Source: Podarcis melisellensis (taxonomy: Eukaryota). Taken from it: a stretch of DNA of 64,000 nt. Positions 35,441 through 47,778 of the stretch are shown one piece after another (the stretch's first letter is position 1; the number at the start of each line of letters is the position of its first letter). The notes under the pieces were generated by a model. The model did no database searches. It had not been told where the DNA came from and saw only the letters and a list, made by a program, of their open reading frames with translations. The position numbers and the translations under genes were made by a program. The stretch lies in assembly GCA_964234715.1 (NCBI GenBank), contig OZ174278.1; one strand, written 5' to 3'.

Positions 35441-37780
35441 CATTCTAAACTTCTCAAACTGCTATGTACTTCTGGGTACTCATAGGGAAGCTGTGGTCCT
35501 TCAAGTGTTGTTGGACTACAATTCCCATCATCATTGGCCAATGATCATACTGCCTAGGGTTTATGGAGTCCGATTATTTCTAGGGGGTCACAGGTTCCCC
35601 ATCTGTGGTCTAGTTGGTCACAATTACATCTGGGTAAATCCCACCAATAACATAGTTCCTAAAATGCAAAGGATCTTAAAGAAGTGGAATGGCTTCAAAG
35701 CAGGAGAAAAACGGTAATACAGTGGTTAGTCTAGAATCAATTGTGTCCACATGAAAAGAAGTGGGATCATGTCCCAATGAATCCAACCTCACTTTGAGCA
35801 CTGGATACACCAATACAGAACTGCACATAGGATTCCATCCTATGGTATTATAAAGTAGAACTGATATAACCAGAATGATCATCAAATTTCTCCCTAAATA
35901 ATAATAATAAAGAGATCTAAGTGCATTCATAGATTCTTCTCAGAAAAAGCATTCAAGAAATGCAAAGGAAATCCAAAGGATGAGCAAAATTTTCTTGGGT
36001 TGATGGGGTCTCACACTACTAAGCTGCCACAGGGTACTACCAGAAAAGAAATTTGAATTGGATGTGGAGGTTCCTCCTGATGTAATCCTGAAATGAAGAG
36101 ACTTTCTTTCTGTGAGGTTACCGAGAAAAACTTGGAGTTCCTTCCTATGTGAAGCATTCAATAATTTCTAGTGAAGGCAAACTATTTGCAATTAGAGTAG
36201 CAGTGTTTCTTAGGGAACTCTGCACAACCCTAGATACTACTCACACAGTCTCTTACTGATCATAAAACATTTCTAGCGGATTGCTTGTTTCCTGTGCCAT
36301 CACTTGCAAATTATTTCAATAGTTCTGGGGTCTTTGACAGTTTATCATATGAACTGCAGACAAAATCTCTTCACCATAAACACCACTAGATCATCTATTT
36401 CACATCTGAGGATTCATAATCCAACAGAATGATCACACATTTGATGACACAAAGATGTGTTTCATTAATAAAGCAGAAGCAAAAATGGAAATCAAAGTTG
36501 CAAATCATTACATTTATGCTGTGGCTGAGTTTGATAGCTGTCTTAACACATTATGAGGAGAATATGAATAACTAGCTGAATTACATTTAGGCAATGGGGA
36601 CTATACAGTGTGGTGGAATGTTAACATTAAAAAACTGTCTTTCTAGTTATTAGAATGGTTTCCGCATACAGGGTGGGGGTGGGACTGTGAGTAATCCAAA
36701 AACTGAGGATGGTGGTGAAGACAGGTGGAAGCATATGAAGATTTTAAATAATGTATGATTGGTAATTGCACTGATGTGATACCATGTGTGATTATGACCT
36801 GATTTCATCATTACCTGTTCAGGGTTAATTTCCACAAATGAATTAAAGTTTAAAGCTCACTGTACTGTGCAACACTGAGGAATGCATCAGTGCTGAATAT
36901 TTGATGAGAGAAAAAGAGGATCTGCCTTTAGCTGACATTTTATTGCTCAAGGTGATAACAGTTAAACAAATGGGAATTGTAGATATTTGATATTCTTCTT
37001 CCCCTTCCACTGAAATGCTATCGATGCCCATTTTTATTAGCTATGGAACTGCAATATCAGAAATATAGATCCAACTGGTTCATCATTACCAGTCCTGAGA
37101 GATGCATTTCCATAAACAGTTTATGAATGCAAAGGAAATACTGTATTTAGAAGGGAAAGCTTTGGTTTATTAAATGCACCATTCCTTAATTGCTGCCAGG
37201 CTCATACTTATTTACTCTGTCTCCTATTAAATCAATGGAATTGGTGGCCCCACAATTAAATATTTTAATCAGAAAATTAACAGCACTGCACATTTTTACT
37301 CCAGTACCTTTAGTGATAACAGTGTAAATACGCTATAAAACCAAGAGCTACTTTAGAGTGCTAAACCTGTGAAATAATAACACACTGTTCTACAGTTCAT
37401 TTTAATGAGGAATATTTCATTAAGGATCTGACAGCCACAACATACAGAACTGCATACAAAAGCTACATTTAGAAAGAAAGCTCTAACAAATTCTGCAGAG
37501 CCAAGCAGGAAAGGTTAAGATATGCCAGCCTTAAGGCTCTTTATGCATGCTTGATATTAAGACTGATTTTCTCCATCTTAGATTGCAACCTACACTTCTT
37601 GTTTTCCTTTTTTTAAAAAAAAATTGTTGGTTTCATTTTCCATTTAGCCACAGAAACACATTGTGTAACATTGGCAAATTTGGAAGAGTTGGAAAGTATC
37701 TTGGAGGTCATTTAGTCCCACCTTATTCACAATTCTGGATATGTACTTCTGGATGCAACTACAGCAGGGCTGTATTAAAG

Positions 37781-38232
37781 CATGGGTCAGCAAACTAAGG
37801 TCCGCGGGCTGGATCAGGCCCAATTGCCTTCTGGATCTGGCTCATGGATGGTCCGAGAATCACCACGTGGATTGCCAACATGCAGGTTCTTTCCCTCTCC
37901 CTCACACGGTGGTGGCAGCGCCTCCCCCCACCTGGCTTCTCCCTGCCCTGCCTAGAGGAGGAAGGGGGCTGGGCTTTGTTGGTGCCAGCAGCAGCAGCAG
38001 CGTTTGAGCAGCCGCCATTTTAAGCAACCCCTCTCCAGAGCCCTTTCAAGCGCCAATCATCGTCCCTCTGCCATCGCTGCCACCTGCCCCTGCCGCTCAC
38101 AAGACACAGGTAAGCAGCCACCAGGGCTCGTGGTGCTCTTGCATCATTCCCCCCCAAAAAATATAGTCTCCCCCCCCCAAGGTCTGAGGGACAGGGGACC
38201 AGCCCCCTGCTGAAAAAGTTTGCCGACCCCTG
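37781..38232. mobile_element. hAT (Charlie-type) non-autonomous DNA transposon / MITE
   Basis: TIRs catgggtcagcaaact (37781-37796) and agtttgccgacccctg (38217-38232) match at 14/16; the 8-bp flanks tattaaag and tgctaaag (6/8, central TA) fit a hAT TSD. Confidence 0.85.
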
Positions 38233-38669
38233 TGCTAAAGACATATTTCCTTAGGGAAAGTAGGTGGGTAGGGCCAGACCCCAAAACAGGCAGACTCCCT
38301 TTTTTCTCTGTCTGCCACACTATTTCCTCTCTCTGTATCTCCTGTTCCCCCCCATCTCCTCCCCCCCATTTACTTATTCCCTTACTATTCCCATTAACCT
38401 TCCTGCCATCCAGGGGGTGGGGGGAGGAGGATTCGCTTTCACTCAACCTAGCAGGGAGGGAAGCAAACTTGGCCTCCTGAAACAGTAGTTGTGCTCCTTA
38501 TTGCCACCAGCATTGTCATTCGTTTTCTGCATGCCAGTTGGAGTACACCAACATTGACCTTCATTTTTGCCTGTGCGTAAAGAAAAATAGGGAGGGGGAG
38601 AAAAAGAGCAGAAAACTGCTGTGGGGCACAGGGTGCAGGCTGACTCTGTCTATCATAACAGCTCTTACT

Positions 38670-38889
38670 NNNNNNNNNNNNNNNNNNNNNNNNNNNNNNN
38701 NNNNNNNNNNNNNNNNNNNNNNNNNNNNNNNNNNNNNNNNNNNNNNNNNNNNNNNNNNNNNNNNNNNNNNNNNNNNNNNNNNNNNNNNNNNNNNNNNNNN
38801 NNNNNNNNNNNNNNNNNNNNNNNNNNNNNNNNNNNNNNNNNNNNNNNNNNNNNNNNNNNNNNNNNNNNNNNNNNNNNNNNNNNNNNNNN
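38670..38889. other. Assembly gap (220 N)
   Basis: Run of n; ORFs spanning it are artefacts. Confidence 1.
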
Positions 38890-39344
38890 TGAAGGAATGG
38901 TGGCACAAAGAGTCTGGCCAAAACTCAGATAAGCAGATGGGTTTTCACCAGGAGTAGGCTGCTTGATAATTTCTACTTTTGAAAGGAATATGAAACAAAA
39001 CCTACCAAAATCAATAATTTTGAATTACATTTTGTTTTGTACTTGAAGTTTCAGAATAATTTTAGTAGCAATGTATTGGAATAGAAGATAAATAATTTCT
39101 ATGCTGATTCATTCCACTACGATGACACCGTATTATTGGAGTAGTGGGGGTGTTCACCAGGAAACACACATCTTCCCATTTTAAATTTGCTAGAGATGTG
39201 TAGCAAGCAGAGAAAGTCTCTATTTCTAGCCCTATGTGATAGATCTACACATAGTTCTATTAAGGATTTGGAAGAGATAGGGTTGCTTAGAAAGTCAAAT
39301 ATTTATTATTAAATATGTGCAGATTTTCACATGTGCAGATGGTT

Positions 39345-39395
39345 GCTAGGGAGAGGGCCTTTTCAGTGGTGACATCCCTGTTATGAAATGATCTC
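39345..39395 (+). mobile_element. Short L2 fragment
   Basis: agggagagggccttttcagtggtgacatccctgttatgaaa resembles 471-512 (aggcagagggccttctcagtagtggcacccaccccgtggaa). Confidence 0.55.
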
Positions 39396-39410
39396 AGTCA
39401 TGAGGCTTTC

Positions 39411-40100
39411 TGTCAGGGGCTCAGGAGCAGAAGCACAGGAAAGGGAGGAAATGGAGAGCGAGGGGGAGGAATCCGAAGGAAACGTAAGCGATGACAGTGG
39501 TCCGAGGTCTCTGAGTCTTTCCAGCGAATCGGAAGACTCACAGAAAGGGGCTCCCATGGTCAGAGCAAGGGGGGTGCCTAGGGGGACACCCCAGGAAGAA
39601 GGGGCCAGAGGGGACTCAGAGAGCAGCAGTTGGAAATCAGGACCAGCTTCCCCACCAGAGCGCAGTAGGGGGGAGGAGTCCCAGGTATCGGGATCAGGCT
39701 GCTCACCGCCAGTGGGAGGAGATGAGTCAGGATTGGCCACGCCTCCATCGGAGAGCGAGGAAACGGTCAAGAGGAAGGTTGGAAGCTGGGCGCGCGCGCC
39801 AAGTTCAAATGTACAGGCGAGCGGCACAGTGGGTAGCCCGGATAGGGAGCCAGGTCCTAAAGCCCGCCGAAAGGAGGGACAGGAGTCAGGGGGGTCAGCG
39901 TCAGAGGAGTCCAGGAAGGAGGAGACCCCGGGGGGCAGAAGGACCCAGAGGAGAAAGGTACGCCGGAAGAGGTGGAGTAAGGCGAGAGTCTTAAACTGGT
40001 GTACAGGGGGTGGAGACTCAGACGGAGCTTCGCCGATCTAGCTTCTAGACGTAGAACTGCACGCTGCAGCTTGTAAATGGAAACTGAACTTAGAATGACA
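39411..40100 (+). mobile_element. Young LTR-like segment (probably a Gypsy-type solo LTR, 3' end possibly deleted) containing a long ORF
   Basis: A sharp switch to purine/CpG-rich sequence starting TGTCAGG, with a TGACA at 40096-40100. No matching TSD (ctttc vs ccaca) and no AATAAA, so the right boundary is uncertain. The frame is open from ATG 39451 to TAG 40041. Confidence 0.62.
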
Positions 40101-40751
40101 CCACACAGCGACTCACATTTCAGAAATCACATATGGAAATCAATTCCTCAAGATGAGTAATGAGGAACAGCCACTTAGATCTGTGCTTATGGTATCCCAC
40201 TGAAAGGCTCCAGAGTTTTACAGCTATGAAACAAAAGTAAAATGGCTCGAGAGTGGGATGCTAATGCAAAACATAGAGATGTTTTCTTAAGGGTCAATTC
40301 TGATATATGAAATCAATCTCCTCCTGCTGCTCCCTCACTGCCTGCAGGATTAAAATCACAAGTGTTGTGGAAATGTGAAGAACTGAATTTAAGACTGGAA
40401 AAATGAGAAACGTAAAGAAACCAAAACCTACAGATTTGCACTCCCTATTCACACTCCTCAGCAACATGGCTGGGCTATACCATCCCCATGTCCCTCCCAT
40501 CCATTTGCCAGATCTTATTATTTCTTCTACTGCATATGCAACCCATTTTCCTTTCATTGGTAACTTTGTTCTCCCACACTCCTATATGAATGTAATTGGT
40601 GCTTAGTGCTTCAGAATCTTTATAGTTTATAAAATCTGTCATACTTTACAACTATGCTGCCAGACAATAGTCTACAAACTGACATAGTACTATCAGGGCT
40701 TCCTTTTTTACTTTTCTTATATCTGTGCATGTCCTTCATACAGATAGTAAA

Positions 40752-40754
<3 letters not shown>

Positions 40755-40813
<59 letters not shown>
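40755..40813. repeat. (TC)n(TG)n microsatellite
   Basis: Seen directly. Confidence 0.97.
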
Positions 40814-41767
40814 CATTTAATATAAGGACTGTTTCAAAAAGTTTAGATCATGACTCTTGTCAGAAACTTTTTTTAAAAAAAAATGTGATTATTTTTTTTA
40901 ATGCAAATTGAAAACACTTAGTCTTGAGGAAGCGATTTTTAAAAAAATACAGTTTCCTTTATAGTCAGCTTCACACCACATCATTTCCCTCATAAACACA
41001 ATGTTAGAGTATGCTATTAGTGAATATAATGGTGTAACGATGTAATGGTGGGCAATTTTGAAAGGTGCAGATGATGTTAAGCATTTTAAAGGATTGGAAA
41101 GGATGGGTAGAAGAGAGAGGGAGACTTTTTTCTCTATATAAGTGGCAGATCCCTGCCTTCTTTAAATTTATATAGCTTAATGAAAGCAAACACAATGCCT
41201 ACGTCAGCCATAGTGCTATCAATCAGAACACTAGCCAGGAAAGCTCCTTTATTTGAAGCTCCTTTATTCAAAATTCCTCTCATGTGCATTTTCCACAGTG
41301 TTCAATGCATGCTGATGCCTGGATGGATGAGGAAAAATAACATGATAAACTGATGATTTATTTCCTTTGAGAGCAACAGAATGTAGAATACTGTGACAAA
41401 TAGAGGATCTAGTGGGACCGGGAAACATTATATTAAAAAGTAGGAGACCTGATTACTGTATTGTCAGTAATTTATCACTCTTTCCCTCAGTGACTTACCC
41501 CTGAAAGACTATTTATGTGTGAAAATCCCTGCAATTGCTCCTTGCAATATTGAACTAGTTTACATCACATATAAGGCTATTCTGAAATTTTAGAAAAGAT
41601 AGTAGAAATGTAGAAACCTACCATGACAACATTTCTCCTTAAGGTGCCTTTCCAAACTCCAGATGTATGAAAGCCTAGTCATATGTGTACAAAGCAGTCA
41701 AGCCTTTGGGAACAGAGCCTGAGGCCACCTTACTTTTTTTCACCACATCGCTCCCTTCATCCAAAGA

Positions 41768-42033
41768 TCATAAGAACAACCCTGCTGAATCAGGTCAAAG
41801 GCCCATGTAGTCCAGCATCCTGTTCTCAGTGGTCAACCATATGCCTACGAGAAGCCCTCAGACAAGACCTCAAGGTACCAGTGCTTCTCTTCCCACTTGT
41901 GTTTCCCAACAGTTGGTATACAAAGGTATAGTGCCTGAGAAAATGGAGGTACTATATAGTCATTGTACATTTAGCAATTGTACATTTAGCCATTGATAGA
42001 TTTATCTTCCATGAATTCGTCAATCCTTTTTGA
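41768..42033 (-). mobile_element. CR1 LINE 3' fragment
   Basis: cataagaac...ctgctgaatcaggtcaaaggcccatgtagtccagcatcctgttctca is the reverse complement of the CR1 3' UTR; the minus strand at about 41987-42020 gives EFMEDKSING*, the ORF2 end. Confidence 0.8.
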
Positions 42034-43409
42034 AAAGAAGTATCCCAGGAATATGACCTTTTACTACTACTACTACTACTACTACTATTAGTATTTACCA
42101 GTAATACTAGTAATACTAGTAGTATTTACCAACCCTTCAAGCTAAGGTCCCAGGGTGGGTTATAGCAATTTTAAATACAAAATTAAAAATCATTTAAAAA
42201 CTTACAATCACAAAAAATACAATCACAAAAATTAACATTTAATAAAAATAACAATATCACTTACTGGTTTCTAACATATGTCTACCATTACTGTTCCCTT
42301 TGTGGGAAAATAAATTCAAGCAGAGGAAATGCAGTTTGAGGGGAATAGGAAGAAAAAAGACACATCTGACTTCAGATGACAGGCTCTTTCTTTCTTTTTT
42401 TTACTCAGCAGCTTTGAAATTGGGGTAGATTCCTAACTGACTGGATAGCAGCAGAATTATTGTGCTGTGAATTAAAAAGCATAAAGTCATAGAACAGGAA
42501 TAGGACACTGACTGCCTAAAGCCCTGATTCAGTTCACCATTTGGACTAGCCTACCATCCTCTTCAACAGTGATCCAAACGGAAACACAAAAGCACCATCT
42601 TCAGCTTCTGCCACTTTAAATGGCAAATGAAGTGCAAGATGGGCAGAGCATGGCAACCATCAGAAATGGGAAACCAGGCTTTTTCTGATGCTTACAATGT
42701 TCCGTCCATTTTCCCTTGATGGAAGTGGTAGTTCTAGAAGATTTCCTTCACCTTGCTCAGTGGGGCACATTGAACATCTTGAAGCAGCAGTTCTCAGTGG
42801 CTTTCCTTAAGGTGATGAAAACCAACCATGTTAGGAGCTGCTGCCTCAGGGCATTCAGCACACCTTGAAACTGTGTCTCTCAAGGCAGCGATCCCATCAT
42901 CACCCCTGCTCATCTAGGCAGCACAGCAGAGTGTTTAGCTTGTGTGTGGAGATGGCTGCACCCTCTATTTCTAAAATGTAAATACAGTTGTTGTTGTTTG
43001 TTTGTTTGTTTTTTGTTGTTAAATAAATGGGATTGGCCTAATCATCTCCATAAGCAGAAACCCTGCAAAAGGACTTCTTATTCTGCAATGGGTCTTCCCC
43101 TCTCTCCTGCTCTTGTCCCCCCTGAAATTATCTCTGATGGGGTCTGGAGAACCACCAAAGAAGTGTATGGAAGAAGGGGATTAGGAATCATTCCACCTGG
43201 CAAACTGCATGCTTTCACAGAAAGAACAATTGTGTGAGTGTGATGTTGAATTCCATCTGATAAAAATAATGGCTTTTGCTGGTTAAACCCTAGGCAATAT
43301 GTTGGTCAGTTTTAAACAGAAGTACCGAAAAGCCATTGCACTGCCCCACCAAGGTCAATATATTTCTCTATATGAGATGTGAATTCAATTTCAATACAGT
43401 TACAACTCT

Positions 43410-43859
43410 TTTTTTTTTTTATATAAATATTTATTAAGGTTTTTACAGAAAAGAAAAAAAACATCCAATAACAATAAACAGTATTACTTTGTTTAACAAA
43501 ATTTCATATCCTCTTTGAACTTCCTCACGCCTCCCGCTCCCATTTGCATCATTAATAAATTTTGTCCAGCAAATTATCATCTTATTTCCAAATTTTAAAA
43601 CCGCTTATTTAATTACAATAAAATTGTTCTCCTGCAATTTTGTTTTTCTTAATCTCTCTTGTCATCAGTTCCTGATCTATTTTAGTGATGGCCAATTATT
43701 TATAACTAAGCATCTTTCTTAACATTCCAATAATTCATAATATTTTTGTAGATAGATCTTAAATTTCTTCCAATCTTCTTCCATCCTTTCTTCTCCCAGG
43801 TCTCGGATTCTGCCAGTCATCTCCGCCAGTTGCATATAGTCCATCAGTTGCATCTGCCA
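43410..43859 (-). mobile_element. L1/Tx1-like LINE 3' fragment with poly(A) and 19-bp TSD
   Basis: TSD tcaatacagttacaactct at 43391-43409 and 43860-43878; poly(T) at about 43409-43420; the minus strand encodes WQMQLMDYMQLAEMTGRIRDLGEERMEEDWKKFKIYLQKY, homologous to the ORF2 end at about 51740-51877. Confidence 0.92.
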
Positions 43860-43954
43860 TCAATACAGTTACAACTCTAAAAAAGTATGCAGAGTCTCTT
43901 CTTTGGTGCATATAACTCTGATCAGTGAGCAATGCAGTGGTACATTGTGCTGCA

Positions 43955-44102
43955 ACACAGCTCAGTTGGTAGAACATAAGACTCTTAAATTTCAGGGACA
44001 TGGATTTGAGCCCCATGTTGGGCAAAAGATTCCTGAATTGCAGGTGTTGAACTAGACCACCCTCATGGTCCTTTCCACCTCTAAAATTCCATGATCCTAT
44101 GA
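43955..44102 (+). mobile_element. tRNA-derived SINE with CR1-type 3' end (Squam2-like)
   Basis: agctcagttggtagaacataagactcttaa...ggatttgagccccatgttggg is a decayed tRNA-Lys-like head, followed by tgaactagacc...ggtcctttccacctctaaaattccatgatcctatga, a CR1-like stem-loop and 8-nt tail. Confidence 0.8.
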
Positions 44103-44288
44103 CATCAAAGTTAGAGGTATATTCCTATTAAAATGTATGGTATGATGTCCATTTAATTATAAAATATGGGACTGATCTGGAGTTCAGTCCTAAGGAATGG
44201 AATTCTGGAGTAAATACTAATTTGCACCATCATTCCCCATACCACCGTAAATATGTTTTGGTTGGATTTGCATCCTGTATCCTGAGGG

Positions 44289-45055
44289 TTGTGGTTCGAG
44301 GGCCCGACCCCCGTGAAGTGAAATGAAGACACAGGGACACGTTATATAAGGTTAATGGGCTAGAAAAGGCCACAACTTTATTGATTACAGCAATGAAAAG
44401 GTATTGGCTTAGGCATTGGATCGAAACAAGTGGGTTTATTCACCAGGGGTTCATCACCTGTTGATGCTAATTCAACTATAGGCTCACCCCTGCTGTCACC
44501 GCAAGTCGTGCCATGGCCTCCCGCCAAGCAGGCATTGGACAGAATACACGACCGCCAGATTCCTTTAACGGAATACCCCTAAAAAATGAAGGCATAGGCG
44601 ATGGCCACACCTAGCACTTCGACACACCACAACACATTATTCCAATGCCTAACCTACCCAACAATACCACAAAAGTTGTGACGATTGCTACGAGGTAGGC
44701 AAAAAAACTAAAAAGCCTATTGCCTAATGGAAAAACTCCTACCAGGCCCCCCCGGGCAACCAGGGCGACCAACCTAAGGTCCATAGCAAGGCCAATGACC
44801 TAAGCCCTAACTAAAAGGGAGTGGAGGGTGGGTGACTCGTGACGAGACGACGATGAGGAATGAGGCCAGGGAAAGGCTGGCACTGCAGCAAAAGGCTGCT
44901 GAACACGCCCCCACCGCGGCACCTGGTTGGGTGGCCACCGGGGGGGCGTGAGTGCCAGCTAGGTGAGCTGGAGGCAGGGGGCAACGCCCCCTGCTGGGCG
45001 GTGCTCGGGCTCCCGCCCACAACCACTCCCCTCTCTTTCAGGGAGGAGAGTCTTT
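44289..45055 (-). mobile_element. Non-coding Ngaro/DIRS-like terminal unit (putative solo A-B repeat pair)
   Basis: Both ends match the 17413-18222 element up to the same terminal bases (ttgtggttcgag... and ...ggagagtcttt); the middle (44655-44843) differs and has no hydrolase motif; minus-strand AATAAA at 44377-44382; no TSD. Confidence 0.7.
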
Positions 45056-47597
45056 ATTGGTGCTGAGCAACTGCACACCAATACTAATAATATCAAATCA
45101 GCTGCATCATGTGTTGTCATGATGGCTGTTTTTGATAAGTTGCAGCAAAAGTGCTGCTGGGAGACACTTGATGCAGCTCCCGCCCACCAAGGAAACCACT
45201 CCTAGGTAGCATATATAAGTGTTGACAAATGGACGTGGGGATTTTTCACTGCATGGAGCCCCTTCACACATACATTACGGCCTAGGACCCTCGTACATTA
45301 CGGCCTAGGACTGCCTCTCTTGGTATGCCCCACGGAGGACCTTAAGGTCTGCAAGGACTTCCCTCCTTCCTTCCCCATGCATACCCCAGCCACCCCTAAA
45401 TCTGCTGCAGAGGGTCAGAGGGTTGGGGAATCCAGGACAGATCCTGGAGGACACAGAGCAAGGAGAGGGGGAGAAAATTCCCATGTGCATGAAGAAATCC
45501 TTGTATTGATGGAATGTTTGTTTTTTGTGCTACAACCTAATATCTTCATACCCCCAATCATTTTGAAACCTTAGTTATGCGCATATGGCTAGATCTTCAG
45601 ATGTATGCACTCTCACTAAGCAGAAATTTTCATCTGAAAATAATTATAGGTTTATTTTTATTTATTTAAATTCAGTCATACAGTATTGCAATCCTGCAGC
45701 GAAATACACAGCAAGAGTTAAGATAGCTCTGACCATTAGTATTTGTTTAAAACACTACAGGTTTATTGCTATACTAAAACCTTTTACATCATATTAAAGA
45801 ATGTGCACACAATTTTTTTCAATGGTGTGTATCTATCTATACAGTCAAATTTTATGTCATCTCAGAGTGAAAGACTTTTTCTGGTTACTGGCTTTTATAA
45901 TGAGAAATTTTAAGGTTCAGTAGCAAGCATGCTTGATGAAGCAACTAGATTTCTTAACATTTGCTTTTTATGCTAGCAAATAGATTGAATGAATCCCTGC
46001 TCACAATTCATAGCAGCAGATAAGAAGGTCTGTGAGTCTCCCACAAATAACTCTAGAGGTCACAGCTTTAAAACTGTTAAGTTTCATCCAGAGTAATATA
46101 ATACTCTCCAGCCATTAATTTAGTGAACTAGCATATTTATGATTTTTATATTTCAATTTTTTATATTCTTTCCAGGAAACTTTAAAATATTATCTTTATA
46201 TCCCTTCTACATGGTTTCATCTCAACAGATAAATAACTTTAGGTTCTCTTATTCATTCAGCTTTCCAGATAGAATATTAGAAAAGCCTTTTAGGATTTTT
46301 CTTTCATTTTCATCTTTAAAAGATCCTAAACACCCCAAATAACTCCACAGTTTCTATCTATATTGTTTTCATAGTAAATAGTATGTACAAGATCAAATAT
46401 TTTTTCCTGTTCTTTTTTCCTTTGTGCTTAGGTTTGAGAAACAGCTGGGCAAAGAATTTATTGAACCTTTAGAGCTAATCTTGGCCCCCATTCTTATATT
46501 GACAGTTTCTCTGAACTTCTTGTAACAACTTAAAACAAGATAGTGTTGGTTTTATTATTTGACATATTTTTCAAGAACCAATAGGGCCTGGCATCCAAGA
46601 TTCTTCACCAAGGTTAGCAAAATACCTTTAGCCAGCCCATATCCACCACGTATACCAAGAATACAACTGTATCAGATGATGTCTATTATCTACAGATCTT
46701 ACTTTGCAGCTTATCTCTGTAAAACAGCACTTGGGTTATTAACTAGCTTTCTCAAGGGCAGATGTCACAAATCATTAGGAAACATGTTCATTGTCTCTTT
46801 TTTTGTGAACACATTTGTTCTCTTTCGACATGAAAGACAATGGTTGGCTACAAAGTTGTATAGATTGAAAGACAGTCACAACTAATTCTCTGTGCTCAAG
46901 GGAGTTTGGCGCTTGTGTCCCTCAGCCTCTCCTTCATTATATAGCCTGGCAAAGCACTTTTTGTGATGTGGTATGGAGTGGAGAGTCTGTTTTAAAATGG
47001 AAAAAGGTTTTTTAGAAAATCTTCCTGGGCAAATCAAAGCACTGAGCTCGCCTTAGGTCTTTGGTCTCTGGCCAGTGATGCCTTTCCTTTCAATTTATTC
47101 CAACCTATTTTACAAATAAAAGGACAGTTAAACAATCATTTTTATTGCTTGTTCTAAGTAGTACAGATAGTCTGAAGTCTTTTGCTGGAGTATGAAGATG
47201 ATTCAATTAAAAGAAAAATTTCATGCTACTGAGACAAAGTTTTCCATTCCATTCCACTTAAAAAACAACAACAGGAGATTTTAGCAGAATATTAAATACA
47301 GATTAATCCAAACCTATGTAATAAACTTTTATTCAAAGTACAGATATGAATGGACCATTATTGGCTTAAACTGCAGTGCAACATTGCAGCTCAGATTCTA
47401 CTGACCTCACTGAAATCAAGCAGCTTCACTCTGCACAGCACTGCAAGCTAAGAGAAGAAATCACATTCTTCTAAACTGAATCTATAATCAAGTTGCTGAG
47501 TTATAGAAGCACAGCCTAGGACTTCTCAGTATCCACTATGAAACAGTTTGCATTCATGGATCTTGTTCCTGTACAACAACAACACTGAGATCCAGCT

Positions 47598-47778
47598 GCC
47601 AGGGCCAGCGCTACCATTATACAATCTGAGGCACTGGCCTTGGGCAGCAGAAACCTGGTGGGATCCAGGAGCGGCAGATCCTGCTACTGCGGATGCCGCT
47701 TCCAAACCCTGCAGCCTTGACACCACCTTTGGAGGCAGCCACTTCACCAGTTCCCACTGGTGCTGAAACAGCCACTGC
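47598..47778. mobile_element. GC-rich MITE-like relic, possibly Harbinger-like
   Basis: Starts cagggccagcgctacc...tgaggca, like cagggctggctc...gcctgaggca at about 27200-27235; GC-rich island in an AT-rich background. Confidence 0.35.

Noticed and set aside
38448-38957. Four ORFs of 103-157 aa
   Set aside because: They are open only because they cross the N gap.
41240-41990. Short tandem duplications (aagctcctttatt x2, attgtacatttagc x2; similar cases near 5946, 10029 and 23431)
   Set aside because: Ordinary slippage duplications with two units only; no array or CRISPR-like repeat-spacer structure.
43955-44022. tRNA-Lys-like sequence as a real tRNA gene
   Set aside because: The acceptor and T stems are degenerate and it is fused to a CR1-like tail, so it is a SINE head.
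46140-46530. T-rich stretch that might be a decayed minus-strand L1 ORF2 piece
   Set aside because: The strand bias is suggestive, but I could not read a convincing motif.
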